DNA from: an uncultured Actinomycetota bacterium
Lineage (GTDB): Bacteria > Actinomycetota > Actinomycetes > Propionibacteriales > Propionibacteriaceae
Length of the DNA stretch: 64,000 nt
NCBI GenBank assembly: GCA_963740925.1
Contig: CAVUFZ010000003.1
Location: 337,605-401,604, forward strand
Direction: 5' to 3'
Numbering within the stretch: position 1 is the first letter of the stretch; every line of letters starts with the position of its first letter. Below the pieces are notes generated by a model, which searched no databases, had not been told where the DNA came from, and saw only the letters and a list, made by a program, of their open reading frames with translations. Below are positions 1 to 9,590 of this stretch, in pieces. Position numbers and translations under genes: made by a program.

Positions 1-18
1 GAGCGCGCGGGGAGGTCT

Positions 19-459
19 CTAGAAGGCGGCGGCGATCCGGATCAGGGCGAGTTCGTAGCCCAGCGGGCCGAGACCGGCGATGGTGCCGGTGGCGTAGGCC
101 GAGACCACCGAGTGGTGGCGGAACTCCTCGCGGGTGGCGATGTTGGACAGGTGCACCTCGATCAGGTCGGCGGTGCGCTGGGCCACGGCGTCGGCGACGG
201 CGATCGAGTAATGGCTCCAGGCGGCCGGATTGAGCACGACCGGGACGGCGTCGTCCGCGGCCTCGTGCAACCAGCCGACCAGCTCGGCCTCGGCGTCGGT
301 CTGGCGGACCTCGACCTCCAGCCCCAGCTCGGCGCCGCGACGGCGGCAGCGCTCGGCCAGCTGCTCGTGGGTCTCGGACCCGTAGACGCCGGGTTCGCGT
401 CGTCCGAGCCGGCCCAGGTTGACCCCGTTCAGCACCAGCACGCGCCTGGCTTCGCTCAT
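19..459 (-). CDS. aroQ: type II 3-dehydroquinate dehydratase
   Basis: 146 aa; motifs [25 protein letters not shown] and [17 protein letters not shown] are diagnostic of DHQase II. Confidence 0.95.
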   Translation of the reverse strand: MSEARRVLVLNGVNLGRLGRREPGVYGSETHEQLAERCRRRGAELGLEVEVRQTDAEAELVGWLHEAADDAVPVVLNPAAWSHYSIAVADAVAQRTADLIEVHLSNIATREEFRHHSVVSAYATGTIAGLGPLGYELALIRIAAAF

Positions 460-477
460 GGTCGAATCACCCTCCGG

Positions 478-1461
478 TCAGTGGGCGGGCGCAGCGGGAC
501 GCTCGGGCCGGCCGGCCGGGGCGTACTGCGCGTCGTAGATGTCGGGCTCGAGGTAGACCACGCTGACCAGCGGAGCCGCCGCACGGACCCGGCGTTCGGC
601 CCGGTCGATGGTCTCGGCCACCTCCACTGCCGACTCGGTCGGCTCCACCGCGATCTTGGCCGCCAGCAGCACCTCTTCCGGGCCCAGATGCAGCGTCTTC
701 AGGTGGATCACCCGGGCCACGCCGTCGGTGCCGGCCAGCGTCCGGGTGATCGTCTCGATCACCTCCGGGGTGGCCGATTCGCCGAGCAGCAGGCTCTTGG
801 TCTCGATCGCCAGCGTGATCGCCACCGCCACCAGCAGCAGGCCGATCAGCGCGGTCCCGATCACGTCGAAGATGGCGTTCTCGGTCAGCAGGGTCAGCGC
901 CACCCCGAGCAGGGCGAAGGCCAGGCCGATCAGGGCGGCGAAGTCCTCCAGCAGGATCACCGGCAGCTCCGGCGCCTTGGCCGAGCGGATGAACCGGGGC
1001 CAGCTCTGGGAGCCGCGGGTCTTGTTCGACTCCTTCACCGCCGTCCGGAACGACGTCCCCTCGGCCCCGATGGCCAACACCAGTACGGCCAGCGGCACCC
1101 ACCACCAGCGGCTGGTCAGCAGCTCGCTCTCGTGCCCGGCGTGCACCTCTTCGTACTTGTGGTAGGCCTCGTAGAGGGCGAACAGCCCGCCGACACTGAA
1201 CAGCACCACCGAGACCAGGAAGCCGAAGACGTAGCGCTCCCGGCCGAACCCGAACGGGTGGGCGGCGTTCGGTGCCCGCTTGGCCCGCCGGCCGCCGATC
1301 AGCAGCAGCAACTGGTTGCCCGAGTCGGCGACCGAGTGGATCGCCTCGGCCAGCATCGAGGAGGCCCCGGTCAGGGCGAACGCGGCGAACTTGGTCACCG
1401 CGATGAACGCGTTCGACAGCAGCGCCGCGATGACGGCCTTGGTCCCACCTTCTGCGCTCAC
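478..1461 (-). CDS. cation diffusion facilitator (CDF) family transporter
   Basis: N-terminal AVIAALLSNAFIAVTKF, SMLAEAIHSVADSGNQ and HPFGFGRERY; 6 hydrophobic segments and a C-terminal cytoplasmic domain; TAGACT -10 lies 8 nt before the GTG. Confidence 0.9.
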   Translation of the reverse strand: MSAEGGTKAVIAALLSNAFIAVTKFAAFALTGASSMLAEAIHSVADSGNQLLLLIGGRRAKRAPNAAHPFGFGRERYVFGFLVSVVLFSVGGLFALYEAYHKYEEVHAGHESELLTSRWWWVPLAVLVLAIGAEGTSFRTAVKESNKTRGSQSWPRFIRSAKAPELPVILLEDFAALIGLAFALLGVALTLLTENAIFDVIGTALIGLLLVAVAITLAIETKSLLLGESATPEVIETITRTLAGTDGVARVIHLKTLHLGPEEVLLAAKIAVEPTESAVEVAETIDRAERRVRAAAPLVSVVYLEPDIYDAQYAPAGRPERPAAPAH

Positions 1462-1489
1462 GGAGGATGAGTCTAGGGCTGAGAGGCGC

Positions 1490-2518
1490 TCAGGGACCGT
1501 AACGGCCGAGGCCGACGGCCAGATAGACCGCGGCGTAGAGCCCGGTCTGCAGCAAGGTGGCGTAGCGCTCCAGCTCGGAGCCGCCGGCGTGGCCGATCAC
1601 GCAGACGCCGACATCGTTGCGGTCGGCGCTGCCCCGCAGCCGGGAGGCGGCGATCCGGCTGACGTCGTCGCCCAGCCCGTCGTCGACGATCACCACTCCG
1701 GGCCGACGGTCGCTGGCCCCGACGTCCTCGAACGGGTCGGCGAACGGATCCCGCGGGGCGGCGGCCTCCAGCAGGGGCAGCATCGCCTCGGCGTCGGCGG
1801 CCAGCGCCACCCGTCCGGTCGCCCCCCGGAACGCCTCGGCGATCCTGCGGCTGGCCCGACTGGCCAGCACGGTGCCGCCCCAGACCAGCGGCTGGACGTC
1901 GGCCAGTCGGAGGGCCAGATCCTTGGCCGGGTTCTCGGTCACGTCCAGGAAGGGCGAGCAGTCCTCGGCCACCCGGTCCATCGCGTCGGCGATGGCGTCC
2001 GGGCGCACCTCGGGCCCGAGACCCATCCGGTGCAGACCGGTCAGTGCGACGATCACCGCGGCCAGCGAATCCCCGGTCCGGGTCGGCAGCAACACCGTCT
2101 CCCGGCCGGCCGCGTGCTCGGCCAACGGCGAGGCGGGCGGACAGGCGACGATCAGCTGGCTCCCCCGGCGGACGGCCTCCCGGACGGCGCCGATCAGGGC
2201 CGCGCTGCTGCCCTCGGTGGCCAGCACCACCACCAGGTCGAGGGCCCCGACCCAGCCGGGCAGACCCGCCCACGGCCAGGCCACGAACGGCACCGGGCAG
2301 GCCGGTTCGAGCAGGGCGCGAACCAGTCGCGCCTCGGAGCCGAGGGTGATCACCGCGCGCGGCCGGGGATTGCCGGTCAGGCCGGTCAGCGGCAGCTCGG
2401 CCTCACCGCTCTCCTGCCGGACCCGGGCGCCGGCGCCGGCCAGCCGGCGCAGCACCTCATCGGCCGCGGCCAGGATGCTGCGGTCGTCCAGGGCCGAGTC
2501 GTCGAAGACGCCGGCCAT
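1490..2518 (-). CDS. SIS-domain protein (Rv3256c/TobH-like, phosphosugar isomerase fold)
   Basis: 342 aa; GWVGALDLVVVLATEG SIS-like strand; conserved position after Trm112 and the phosphomannomutase. Confidence 0.75.
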   Translation of the reverse strand: MAGVFDDSALDDRSILAAADEVLRRLAGAGARVRQESGEAELPLTGLTGNPRPRAVITLGSEARLVRALLEPACPVPFVAWPWAGLPGWVGALDLVVVLATEGSSAALIGAVREAVRRGSQLIVACPPASPLAEHAAGRETVLLPTRTGDSLAAVIVALTGLHRMGLGPEVRPDAIADAMDRVAEDCSPFLDVTENPAKDLALRLADVQPLVWGGTVLASRASRRIAEAFRGATGRVALAADAEAMLPLLEAAAPRDPFADPFEDVGASDRRPGVVIVDDGLGDDVSRIAASRLRGSADRNDVGVCVIGHAGGSELERYATLLQTGLYAAVYLAVGLGRYGP

Positions 2519-2521
2519 CGC

Positions 2522-2710
2522 TCAGGACTGGTCCGGGCGGCGGGCCTCGTCGATCAACAGCACCGGGATGCCGTCGCGGACCGGGAAGGCGAGCCGGCAG
2601 TCGACCGAGGAGCAGACGAGTTCGTCGGCGTCGTGGTCCACCAGCAGCGCGCCGTGACAGTCCGGACAGGCCAGGATCTCCAGCAACTCCGGAGCCAGCT
2701 CCACCGCCAT
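2522..2710 (-). CDS. Trm112 family protein
   Basis: 62 aa; [10 protein letters not shown]...[17 protein letters not shown] is the Trm112/YcaR signature. Confidence 0.92.
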   Translation of the reverse strand: MAVELAPELLEILACPDCHGALLVDHDADELVCSSVDCRLAFPVRDGIPVLLIDEARRPDQS

Positions 2711-2807
2711 CGCGTTCCTCTTCTCGTTCGTCGGCTTCTCGTTCGTCGGCTCGACACCCGAGCCGTCGGGCCATCCCGCTCGGTCACCGGCGCCACCTCG
2801 ACCGGCC

Positions 2808-4172
2808 CTAGCCGCGGACGATCTCCAGCACCTCGTCCCGCAGCTGGTCGGTGACCGATTGTGACACGGACTCCACGTTCAACCGCAGCAGCGGCTCGGT
2901 GTTCGAGGGTCGCAGGTTGAACCACCAGTCCGACGCGTTGACCGTCAGCCCGTCCTCGCGGTCGACACTGCCGCGGTCGGTGAACCGCTCGGCCACCGCG
3001 TCCATGCTGGCGGCCGCGTCGGCCACGGTGGAGTTGAGCTCACCGGAGGCGGCGTACCGGTCGTAGCCGGCGGCCAGTGCCGACAGCGGCTGGTCGGAAT
3101 GGCCGGCCAGGGCCAGCACGTGCAACGCGGCCAGCATGCCGGTGTCGGCGCCCCAGAACTCGCGGAAGTAGTAGTGCGCGGAGTGCTCGCCGCCGAAGAT
3201 CGCGTTCTGGGCCGCCATCGCCGCCTTGACGAAGGTGTGCCCGACCTTGGTGGTCACGCACCGGCCACCGGCGTCGGCCACCACCTCGGCCACGGTGCGC
3301 GAGGTGATGGTGTTCTTGACGATCACCCCGCCCGGCTCGCGGGCCAACTCCTGGGCGGCGATCATCGCGGTGATCACCGACGGGCTGACCACCTCGCCGC
3401 GCTCGTCGATGATGAAACAGCGGTCGGCGTCGCCGTCGAAGACCAGGGCCAGATCGGCGCCGTGCTCGCGGACCGCGGCCCGGGCGTCCAGCAGGTTCTG
3501 CGGCTCCAGCGGGTTCGGCGCGTGGTTGGGAAAGGTGCCGTCCAGTTCGGTGAACAACCCGATCAGCTCCAACCCCGGGACCCGGTCGGCGCCCAGGACG
3601 GCCGGCAGGGTGTGCCCGGCCATCCCGTTGCCGGCGTCGGCCACCACCCGCAGCGGCCGGATGCCGGACAGGTCGACGAGCGAGTGCAGATGGTCGGCGT
3701 AGGCCGGCAGCAGATCCTGCTCGGTCCGGCTGCCCGGAGTCGGCGCCGGGCCCGGATCGGCCCCGGTGGCCCGGTCGGCCAGTTCGACCAGCAGATCCGA
3801 GGAGACGGGCTGGGCCCCGGCCAGGCAGAACTTCACCCCGTTGTAGGCGGCGGGATTGTGGCTGGCGGTGAACATCGCCCCGGGCAGGTTCAGCCGCCCG
3901 GAGGCGAACCAGAGCCCGTCGGTGCTGGCCAGGCCGATGTCGACGACGTCCACCCCGCGGCTCAGCACCCCGGCGGTGAAGGCGGCACTGAACTCGGGCC
4001 CGGTCGTCCGCATGTCCCGGGCGAGGACCAGCCGGCCCTCGGCGTTGGTCAGATCGAGGGCGTCGACCAGCGCGGCGCCGATCCGGAAGGCACCGTCGGT
4101 GTCCCACTCGACCTGGTCGCCGACCGCGATCCCGCGGATGTCGTTGGCCTTGAAGATGACTCGATCGATCAC
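2808..4172 (-). CDS. manB: phosphomannomutase/phosphoglucomutase
   Basis: FKANDIRG start, phosphoserine loop TASHNP, metal loop [17 protein letters not shown] and RPSNTEP; start placed at GTG 4172, 7 nt after the TAGTCT -10. Confidence 0.93.
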   Translation of the reverse strand: MIDRVIFKANDIRGIAVGDQVEWDTDGAFRIGAALVDALDLTNAEGRLVLARDMRTTGPEFSAAFTAGVLSRGVDVVDIGLASTDGLWFASGRLNLPGAMFTASHNPAAYNGVKFCLAGAQPVSSDLLVELADRATGADPGPAPTPGSRTEQDLLPAYADHLHSLVDLSGIRPLRVVADAGNGMAGHTLPAVLGADRVPGLELIGLFTELDGTFPNHAPNPLEPQNLLDARAAVREHGADLALVFDGDADRCFIIDERGEVVSPSVITAMIAAQELAREPGGVIVKNTITSRTVAEVVADAGGRCVTTKVGHTFVKAAMAAQNAIFGGEHSAHYYFREFWGADTGMLAALHVLALAGHSDQPLSALAAGYDRYAASGELNSTVADAAASMDAVAERFTDRGSVDREDGLTVNASDWWFNLRPSNTEPLLRLNVESVSQSVTDQLRDEVLEIVRG

Positions 4173-4561
4173 GTCAGTGAGACTATCGGGCGGCCCGGAC
4201 AAGGCAGTAGGCCCCGACGATGTCTCGCCGAGGCCTACCGCGGCTGGGTGAGACCACCCGACGCACACCCCCCGTGCACGTCGAGCAGCTTGGGCCGAAT
4301 GATCTTGGGGTTTCATCGGCCCGCCACCCAGGTTGTCGGGGAAGCCGCCCCCCGGAGGCTTCAACCCGACTCCTATAGATTGAACCGTCAATCCGGGGAT
4401 AACCCAAGGGCTGGAGCAGGATCTGCAGAAGATTCGCCCAGATTCACAGTCTGCGGACAGGTTGCGGCTCGTTGACGTTCTCTTCGGCGTCCCCGGGGGC
4501 GGCGTTCTCGGCTCGGCGTCCCCTGGGTCGGCGTTCTCGGGTCAGCGTTCTCGGGTCAGTC

Positions 4562-4921
4562 TCAGGCGTCCGGATCGGCCAGCACGGTCAGGTGGCGCCG
4601 GCGGGCCAACTCGATCACCGTGGCCTTCGTCTCGGCGGGCTCGTCCAGGCCGTAGCTCAGGCCGACCTCGCGGACGGCGTCGGCCAGGGCGAGCAGGTCG
4701 TCGCTGCTCGGGGCCGGGTCGGGCTCCGGGTCCAGCCGGATCACCTCCCAGCCCCGCGGCACCGAGAGCGCGTGCGCATGCTGGCGACAGAGGTCGTAGC
4801 CGTGCGGTTCGGCTCGGACGGCCAACGGGCCGAGGACGGCGGTCGAGTCGGTGTAGACGTAGGTCAGCGTGGCCTTCGCCGACTGACCGCAGCCTGCGCG
4901 CGAACACCGTCGAAACGTCAC
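4562..4921 (-). CDS. DUF3499 family protein
   Basis: RRCSRAGC..AKATLTYVY.DSTAVLGPLA...EPHGYDLC..HA and DDLLALADAVRE; GTG 4921 follows TAGTTT by 7 nt. Confidence 0.88.
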   Translation of the reverse strand: MTFRRCSRAGCGQSAKATLTYVYTDSTAVLGPLAVRAEPHGYDLCRQHAHALSVPRGWEVIRLDPEPDPAPSSDDLLALADAVREVGLSYGLDEPAETKATVIELARRRHLTVLADPDA

Positions 4922-4968
4922 GAGCGCGAAACTACCCGCGAGCACGGACCTCGGTGGGGCGGCTCGCC

Positions 4969-5023
4969 GGGGTGAGGCGTGGGTGAGTCAGGGGTGACGC
5001 AGGGGTGAGTCACGGGTGAGCCA
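4969..5023. repeat. five tandem 11-bp units, consensus NGGGTGAGTCA
   Basis: ggggtgaggcg/tgggtgagtca/ggggtgacgca/ggggtgagtca/cgggtgagcca read directly, in the divergent intergenic region. Confidence 0.85.
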
Positions 5024-5065
5024 GGAGGTCGAGCACTAGTCTTACCGCCATGCCGGAGCCCCGCG

Positions 5066-5512
5066 ATGTCCGAACGCAGGCGTGATCGGCACGGCCGGGG
5101 CCTGCGCGGGCCGCTGGCCGTCCGTAATCCGCTGACCGGCACCGTGCTGCGCCCGGCCCAGCCGCCCAGCCGGTCGGCCTTCTTCGACGAGGCCGTCTCC
5201 GACGCCGTCGAGCAGATCCGGCGCAACTGCCCGGAAGCGGTGGCCGGCGTCCGGTTCGGCATCGAGGACGTGCCCTATCTGGAGACCGCCTGGTCCGGGG
5301 ACCGGGTGCCGCTGGCCTCCGCCCTCGAGGCCGGCGACACCCGACCCGCGCAACTGGTGCTCTACCGGCGTCCGCTGGAACACCGCGCCGCCACCCGGCA
5401 GGGCCTGCAGATCCTGGTCTACCGGACCCTGGTCGAGCAGTTGGCCGCCCTGAGCGGACGCAGCGTGGACGACCTCGACCCCGAAGGTCTCGGCGAGGAC
5501 GACGAGCTCTAG
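5066..5512 (+). CDS. zincin-like metallopeptidase family protein (Rv3259-like)
   Basis: RRRDRHGRGLRGPL N-terminus, IEDVP and LVLYRRPLEHRA; conserved position divergent from DUF3499. Confidence 0.85.
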   Translation: MSERRRDRHGRGLRGPLAVRNPLTGTVLRPAQPPSRSAFFDEAVSDAVEQIRRNCPEAVAGVRFGIEDVPYLETAWSGDRVPLASALEAGDTRPAQLVLYRRPLEHRAATRQGLQILVYRTLVEQLAALSGRSVDDLDPEGLGEDDEL

Positions 5513-5578
5513 CAGGCTCAGGGAGGGATTGCCCACCGGCCTCGCGGCAACAGCTGGGTGCTTCGGGGCCGACCGGGC

Positions 5579-6142
5579 TCAGTCGATCATGGCGAGGACG
5601 TCGCCGACCAGCTCGCGTGCGTCGTCCTCCGCGACTCCGAGTGCGAAAACGACCCGGTAGTACAAGGGGGCGACGATGTGGTCGAGGATCTGGCGGACCG
5701 TGGGTGACGTCTCGCCCCGCTCACGGGCGCGACGGACCACCTCCGCCGCCTGCTCTCTCCGCTTGTCGCTCACCGGGCAGCTGAGCACGAGGTCGGTGCG
5801 CGAGGACACCATGGCCCGCAGGTAGCGGGCACGTTCGGGCCGGCCGATGTCGTGGGTGATGGCGATCGCCCACTGGGTCAGATCCCCCTCGACCGACCCG
5901 GTGTCGGGCGCCGACTCGCCCTGGCGGGTGAGAGCGGCAGCGGTGACCTCCTCGAGCAGGTCCGCGACGTCGGCCCACCGTCGATACAGCGTCGTCGGCG
6001 CGACACCGGCCCGCTCCGCGATCACCGGGAACGTGATCTTGTCGCAACCCTCGCCCACCAACTCGCCGACCGAGGTGTAGATGGCCGCCACCACCCGGCC
6101 GCTGCGCCCACCGGGCCGGGCCGTTCCGGTCGAAGGAGACAT
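5579..6142 (-). CDS. TetR/AcrR family transcriptional regulator
   Basis: RPGGRS, HTH ITFPVIAERAGVAPTTLYRRW and PDTGSVEGDL; divergent from an MFS gene. Confidence 0.92.
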   Translation of the reverse strand: MSPSTGTARPGGRSGRVVAAIYTSVGELVGEGCDKITFPVIAERAGVAPTTLYRRWADVADLLEEVTAAALTRQGESAPDTGSVEGDLTQWAIAITHDIGRPERARYLRAMVSSRTDLVLSCPVSDKRREQAAEVVRRARERGETSPTVRQILDHIVAPLYYRVVFALGVAEDDARELVGDVLAMID

Positions 6143-6195
6143 GACACGATGATGGCAAAGAAGTTGGCTTTAACCAACCCACGAGTGCTACCGTC

Positions 6196-6222
6196 GCTAA
6201 AGCAAACTACTTTGGCTTTAGC
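6196..6222. promoter_or_regulatory. candidate TetR operator (GCTAAAGC-N11-GCTTTAGC)
   Basis: 8-bp perfect inverted repeat in an AT-rich spacer between divergent tetR and MFS genes. Confidence 0.6.
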
Positions 6223-6234
6223 TCGGAGGTTCTC

Positions 6235-7461
6235 ATGCTCGGTCGGTCAGGCTCCTTTCTCGTGGCGGGAACCGCCGGGGCGGCGACGCTCACCGCTGCC
6301 TCGGCCCCGTCCCCGCTCTACCCGGTCTATCAGCGTCTGTGGGGGTTGTCCGCGTTCACGCTGACCGTCGTGTTCGCGGTCTACGTGCTCGCGCTGCTGG
6401 CTGCGTTGCTGAGCGTCGGCTCCCTGTCCGACCGGGTCGGACGCCGGCCGGTCGCCTCCGCGGCCCTGACGCTCCTCGCCCTGGGCATGGTGCTGTTCAC
6501 CGTCGCCGGGGGTGCCGGCGGGCTGATGGCCGCTCGCGTCGTCCAGGGGCTCGCCGTCGGCGCCGCCACCGGAACCGTCACCGCGATGATCATCGACGCC
6601 GCACCCAGCCCGCGGATCGGCTCGATCGTCAGCAGCGCCGTGCCGACGTTGGGGATCACGGTCGGATCGGTCCTCGCCGGCGCTCTGGTGCAGTACGCGC
6701 CGCTGCCCCGCCAACTCGTCTTCTGGATCCTCGCATCGCTCTACCTGGTGCTGGCTGCGCTCGTCTGGCTGGTGCCCGAGCATGATCGGCCCGGCTCGAC
6801 CTCGACCTCGACCTCGACCATCTGGCGTTCGCTGCTGCCGAGCGCCGGGCTCCCGAAGGTCGCACGACCGGTCTTCTTCTCCCTGGCTCCGCTGATCGGC
6901 GCCACCTGGGCGCTCTCGGGGCTCTACCTGTCGCTCGGGTCGTCCATCATCGGCAGCGTTCTCGGCGTCGGTAACCACTTCGTCGTCGGCCTCGTGCTCG
7001 GGGCGTTCTTCGCCGCCGGGGTCGTGGGCACGGTGGCTTCTGCGGCGGTCCCCGCCCGACTGCGCGACTGGCCCGGTAACGCCGCCCTGGTGCTGGGTGT
7101 GCTGCTCACGATCGCCGCCCTGCCCGCCGGGGAACTGCCGCTCTACCTGGTCGGCTCGGTCATCGCCGGGATCGGTTTCGGCGCGACGTTCCGGTTCGCC
7201 GTCCATGCTCTCGGTACGGCGGCGCCGGACGGCCGGCGCGGTCAGGTGTTCGCGACGATGTACATCCTCAGCTATCTCGCCTTCAGCGTGCCCGCGCTCG
7301 CGGCCGGCCTCGCCGTGCATCGCTTCGGACTGGCCCCGACCGCGATCACGTACGGGGTGCTGGAGGTCGCACTCGTCGTGGTCGCCACCGCCCTCGGACT
7401 CCGCCGAGCGCACCGGGAGGACCGCAGGCACAAGCTGCCGGTGAGGGCCGCCGCCGGATGA
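6235..7461 (+). CDS. MFS transporter (probable efflux)
   Basis: 408 aa, ~12 hydrophobic segments; motif A GSLSDRVGRRPV; PSPLYPVYQ. Confidence 0.9.
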   Translation: MLGRSGSFLVAGTAGAATLTAASAPSPLYPVYQRLWGLSAFTLTVVFAVYVLALLAALLSVGSLSDRVGRRPVASAALTLLALGMVLFTVAGGAGGLMAARVVQGLAVGAATGTVTAMIIDAAPSPRIGSIVSSAVPTLGITVGSVLAGALVQYAPLPRQLVFWILASLYLVLAALVWLVPEHDRPGSTSTSTSTIWRSLLPSAGLPKVARPVFFSLAPLIGATWALSGLYLSLGSSIIGSVLGVGNHFVVGLVLGAFFAAGVVGTVASAAVPARLRDWPGNAALVLGVLLTIAALPAGELPLYLVGSVIAGIGFGATFRFAVHALGTAAPDGRRGQVFATMYILSYLAFSVPALAAGLAVHRFGLAPTAITYGVLEVALVVVATALGLRRAHREDRRHKLPVRAAAG

Positions 7462-7505
7462 TGCCTGGACCTCCTCGGCTCCGGTGCTCGGCTCCGGTGC
7501 TCGGC

Positions 7506-8624
7506 TCAGGTCCGGGGCGGACGGGGCGAGGCCGGGATCCGGACCCGGTTCCACCAGGTCGACAACCCGATGGCCAGCACGATCAGCAGACCGCCGGCCG
7601 CGGCGAACCAGGAGGCGATGTCGACGTGTTCGGTGGCCACCACGATGTGGCTGGGCAGATCACCGAGCGCGCCCTGCAACTGGTCGGCGTTCACGGCCCG
7701 GTAGTACTGGCCGCCGGTGGTGCGGGCGACGTTCTTCAGTGCGTCCTCGTCGATCACCAGCGGGCTGCGGCCACTGCCGCCGTAGCCACCGCCGTAGTTG
7801 CCGTAACCACCGGACCGGCCGCCGCCGCCGCCGTAACCCCCGCCGTAGCCACCGCCGCCGGCCCAGCCGCCGGCCTGCTGACCGGTGCAGGCCATCCGTG
7901 TCGGGGAGGTGGTGCCGAAGCCGATCGTGTAGACCCGGACGCCGCGGACGGCCGCGGTCCGGGCGGCCACCGCCGGCTCCGGGCCCTGGGTGTTGGCGCC
8001 GTCGGTCAGCAGCACGATCACGTCCGGGGCGACGCCGCTCCGCTGGGCCTGCTCGGCGTCCACCCCGCTCGGCGCGACGGTCGGGTCGACGGCGGCGATC
8101 CCGTCGATGGAGGTCAGGATGGCCGAGCCGATCGCCGTGCCGCGGGCGGTGGAGAAGGCGTCGATGGCCTGGATCAGCGTGTCGGTGTCGGTGGTCGGCG
8201 GCACCTGCAGCCCGGCCACGCCGGCGAAGGCGACCAGACCGATCCGGACGCCGCCGTGCTGGGCCTTGATGAACGCCGTCGCCGCCTGTTGGGCCACGGT
8301 GATCCGGTTCGGGTCGACGTCGGTGGAACACATCGAACCGGAGACGTCCATCGCGAGCATGATGGTGGTCGAGTTCGAGGCGACCGGGACGCTGGCCTGC
8401 GGCCGGGCCGCACCGACGGCCAGCAACGCCAGCCCGAGCAGCAGGGCGCCGGAGGGCACCAGCCGGCTCCAGCGGCTGCGGGCCGGCATCGCCGAGCGGA
8501 CCAGGGCGATGGAGGAGACCCGGATCGCCGAGCGACGTCGGCGCCGACGGAGCAGCCAGACCACGCCGACCAGCAGCGGCAGCAACAGCAGCGAGGCCAG
8601 GGCCCAGGGCCAGGTGAAACTCAT
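7506..8624 (-). CDS. VWA domain membrane protein (BatA-like) with Gly/Tyr-rich insert
   Basis: N-terminal TM; MIDAS DVSGS, GTAIG and LTDG; VYTIGFGT; C-terminal TM. Confidence 0.88.
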   Translation of the reverse strand: MSFTWPWALASLLLLPLLVGVVWLLRRRRRRSAIRVSSIALVRSAMPARSRWSRLVPSGALLLGLALLAVGAARPQASVPVASNSTTIMLAMDVSGSMCSTDVDPNRITVAQQAATAFIKAQHGGVRIGLVAFAGVAGLQVPPTTDTDTLIQAIDAFSTARGTAIGSAILTSIDGIAAVDPTVAPSGVDAEQAQRSGVAPDVIVLLTDGANTQGPEPAVAARTAAVRGVRVYTIGFGTTSPTRMACTGQQAGGWAGGGGYGGGYGGGGGRSGGYGNYGGGYGGSGRSPLVIDEDALKNVARTTGGQYYRAVNADQLQGALGDLPSHIVVATEHVDIASWFAAAGGLLIVLAIGLSTWWNRVRIPASPRPPRT

Positions 8625-8627
8625 GGC

Positions 8628-9590
8628 TCAGACCAGCCTTCCGGTGCGGACGCCGTTCAGCACGGCGGCGGCGATCAGCAGGGCCAGCGCGAACGCGGCG
8701 AACCCGCCGGCCAGCGGGACGTCCTGTTCGGCCACGGTCAGCCGCAGGTCGATGCCGTCGGCGACGCCGTTCAGCTCGGCGGCGTCGGAGGCCGGGTGAT
8801 AACTGCCGCCGGTGCTCTGGGCGATCGTGGTCAGCCGGTCGGCGTCCAGCGCGGTGTGCAACTGGTAGCCCTGCTGGGTCACCGTCGCGCCGGTCGCGGT
8901 GCCGACGCCCACGGTCTCGATGTGGACGCCCGCGTTCTGGGCCAGTGTGGTCGCCTGGGTGGTGGCCTCGGTGCCGCTGTCGCCCTGCTGCTCGCCGTCG
9001 GAGAACAACACGATCGTGGCCGAGCCCCAGTAGCCGAGATCGGGCAGGCTGCCGTCCTTGCCGATGGTGACCGTCTTGTGGGTGATCGCGCTCAGCGAGC
9101 CGAGGATGGCCGCGGCCAGCGAGGTGCCGCCCGACGTCCGCAGGTTCTCCACCGCGGCCTTGGTCGCGGCCCGGTCGGCGCTCGGCAACGAGGTGGCCAG
9201 CGAGCCCTGGTCGAAGCCGACCACGCCGATGTCGACGGTGTCGGGCTGGGCATCGACGAACGCGTCCGCGGCCTGTTGGGCCGCCGCCAGCCGGCTGGGT
9301 GTGACGTCGGTGGCGCCCATCGAGTTGGAGGCGTCGATGGCCAGCACCACGGTGCCGGCGCTGCGTCCGACCGGGAGTTTCGCCGCCGGTCCGGCGACGG
9401 CCACGGCGAGCACACCGACCGCGGCCAGCGACAACCAGAGGCCGAGGTGCGCACCGCGTCGACGGGTCAGCCGGACGCCCGCCGCGGCCAACGCCGCGGA
9501 ACGACGCCGAACGGCCAGGATCGCGAAGACGATCAGCGCGGCCGCGACCAGCAGGGCCAGGACGAGCAGCCACGGGTGGGTGAGGGTCAT
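8628..9590 (-). CDS. VWA domain membrane protein
   Basis: N-terminal TM; MIDAS DASNSM, GGTSL and FSDGE; C-terminal TM. Confidence 0.88.
   Translation of the reverse strand: MTLTHPWLLVLALLVAAALIVFAILAVRRRSAALAAAGVRLTRRRGAHLGLWLSLAAVGVLAVAVAGPAAKLPVGRSAGTVVLAIDASNSMGATDVTPSRLAAAQQAADAFVDAQPDTVDIGVVGFDQGSLATSLPSADRAATKAAVENLRTSGGTSLAAAILGSLSAITHKTVTIGKDGSLPDLGYWGSATIVLFSDGEQQGDSGTEATTQATTLAQNAGVHIETVGVGTATGATVTQQGYQLHTALDADRLTTIAQSTGGSYHPASDAAELNGVADGIDLRLTVAEQDVPLAGGFAAFALALLIAAAVLNGVRTGRLV

Noticed and set aside
4969-5023. Repeats as a CRISPR array
   Set aside because: Units are 11 bp and contiguous, with no spacers and no cas genes.
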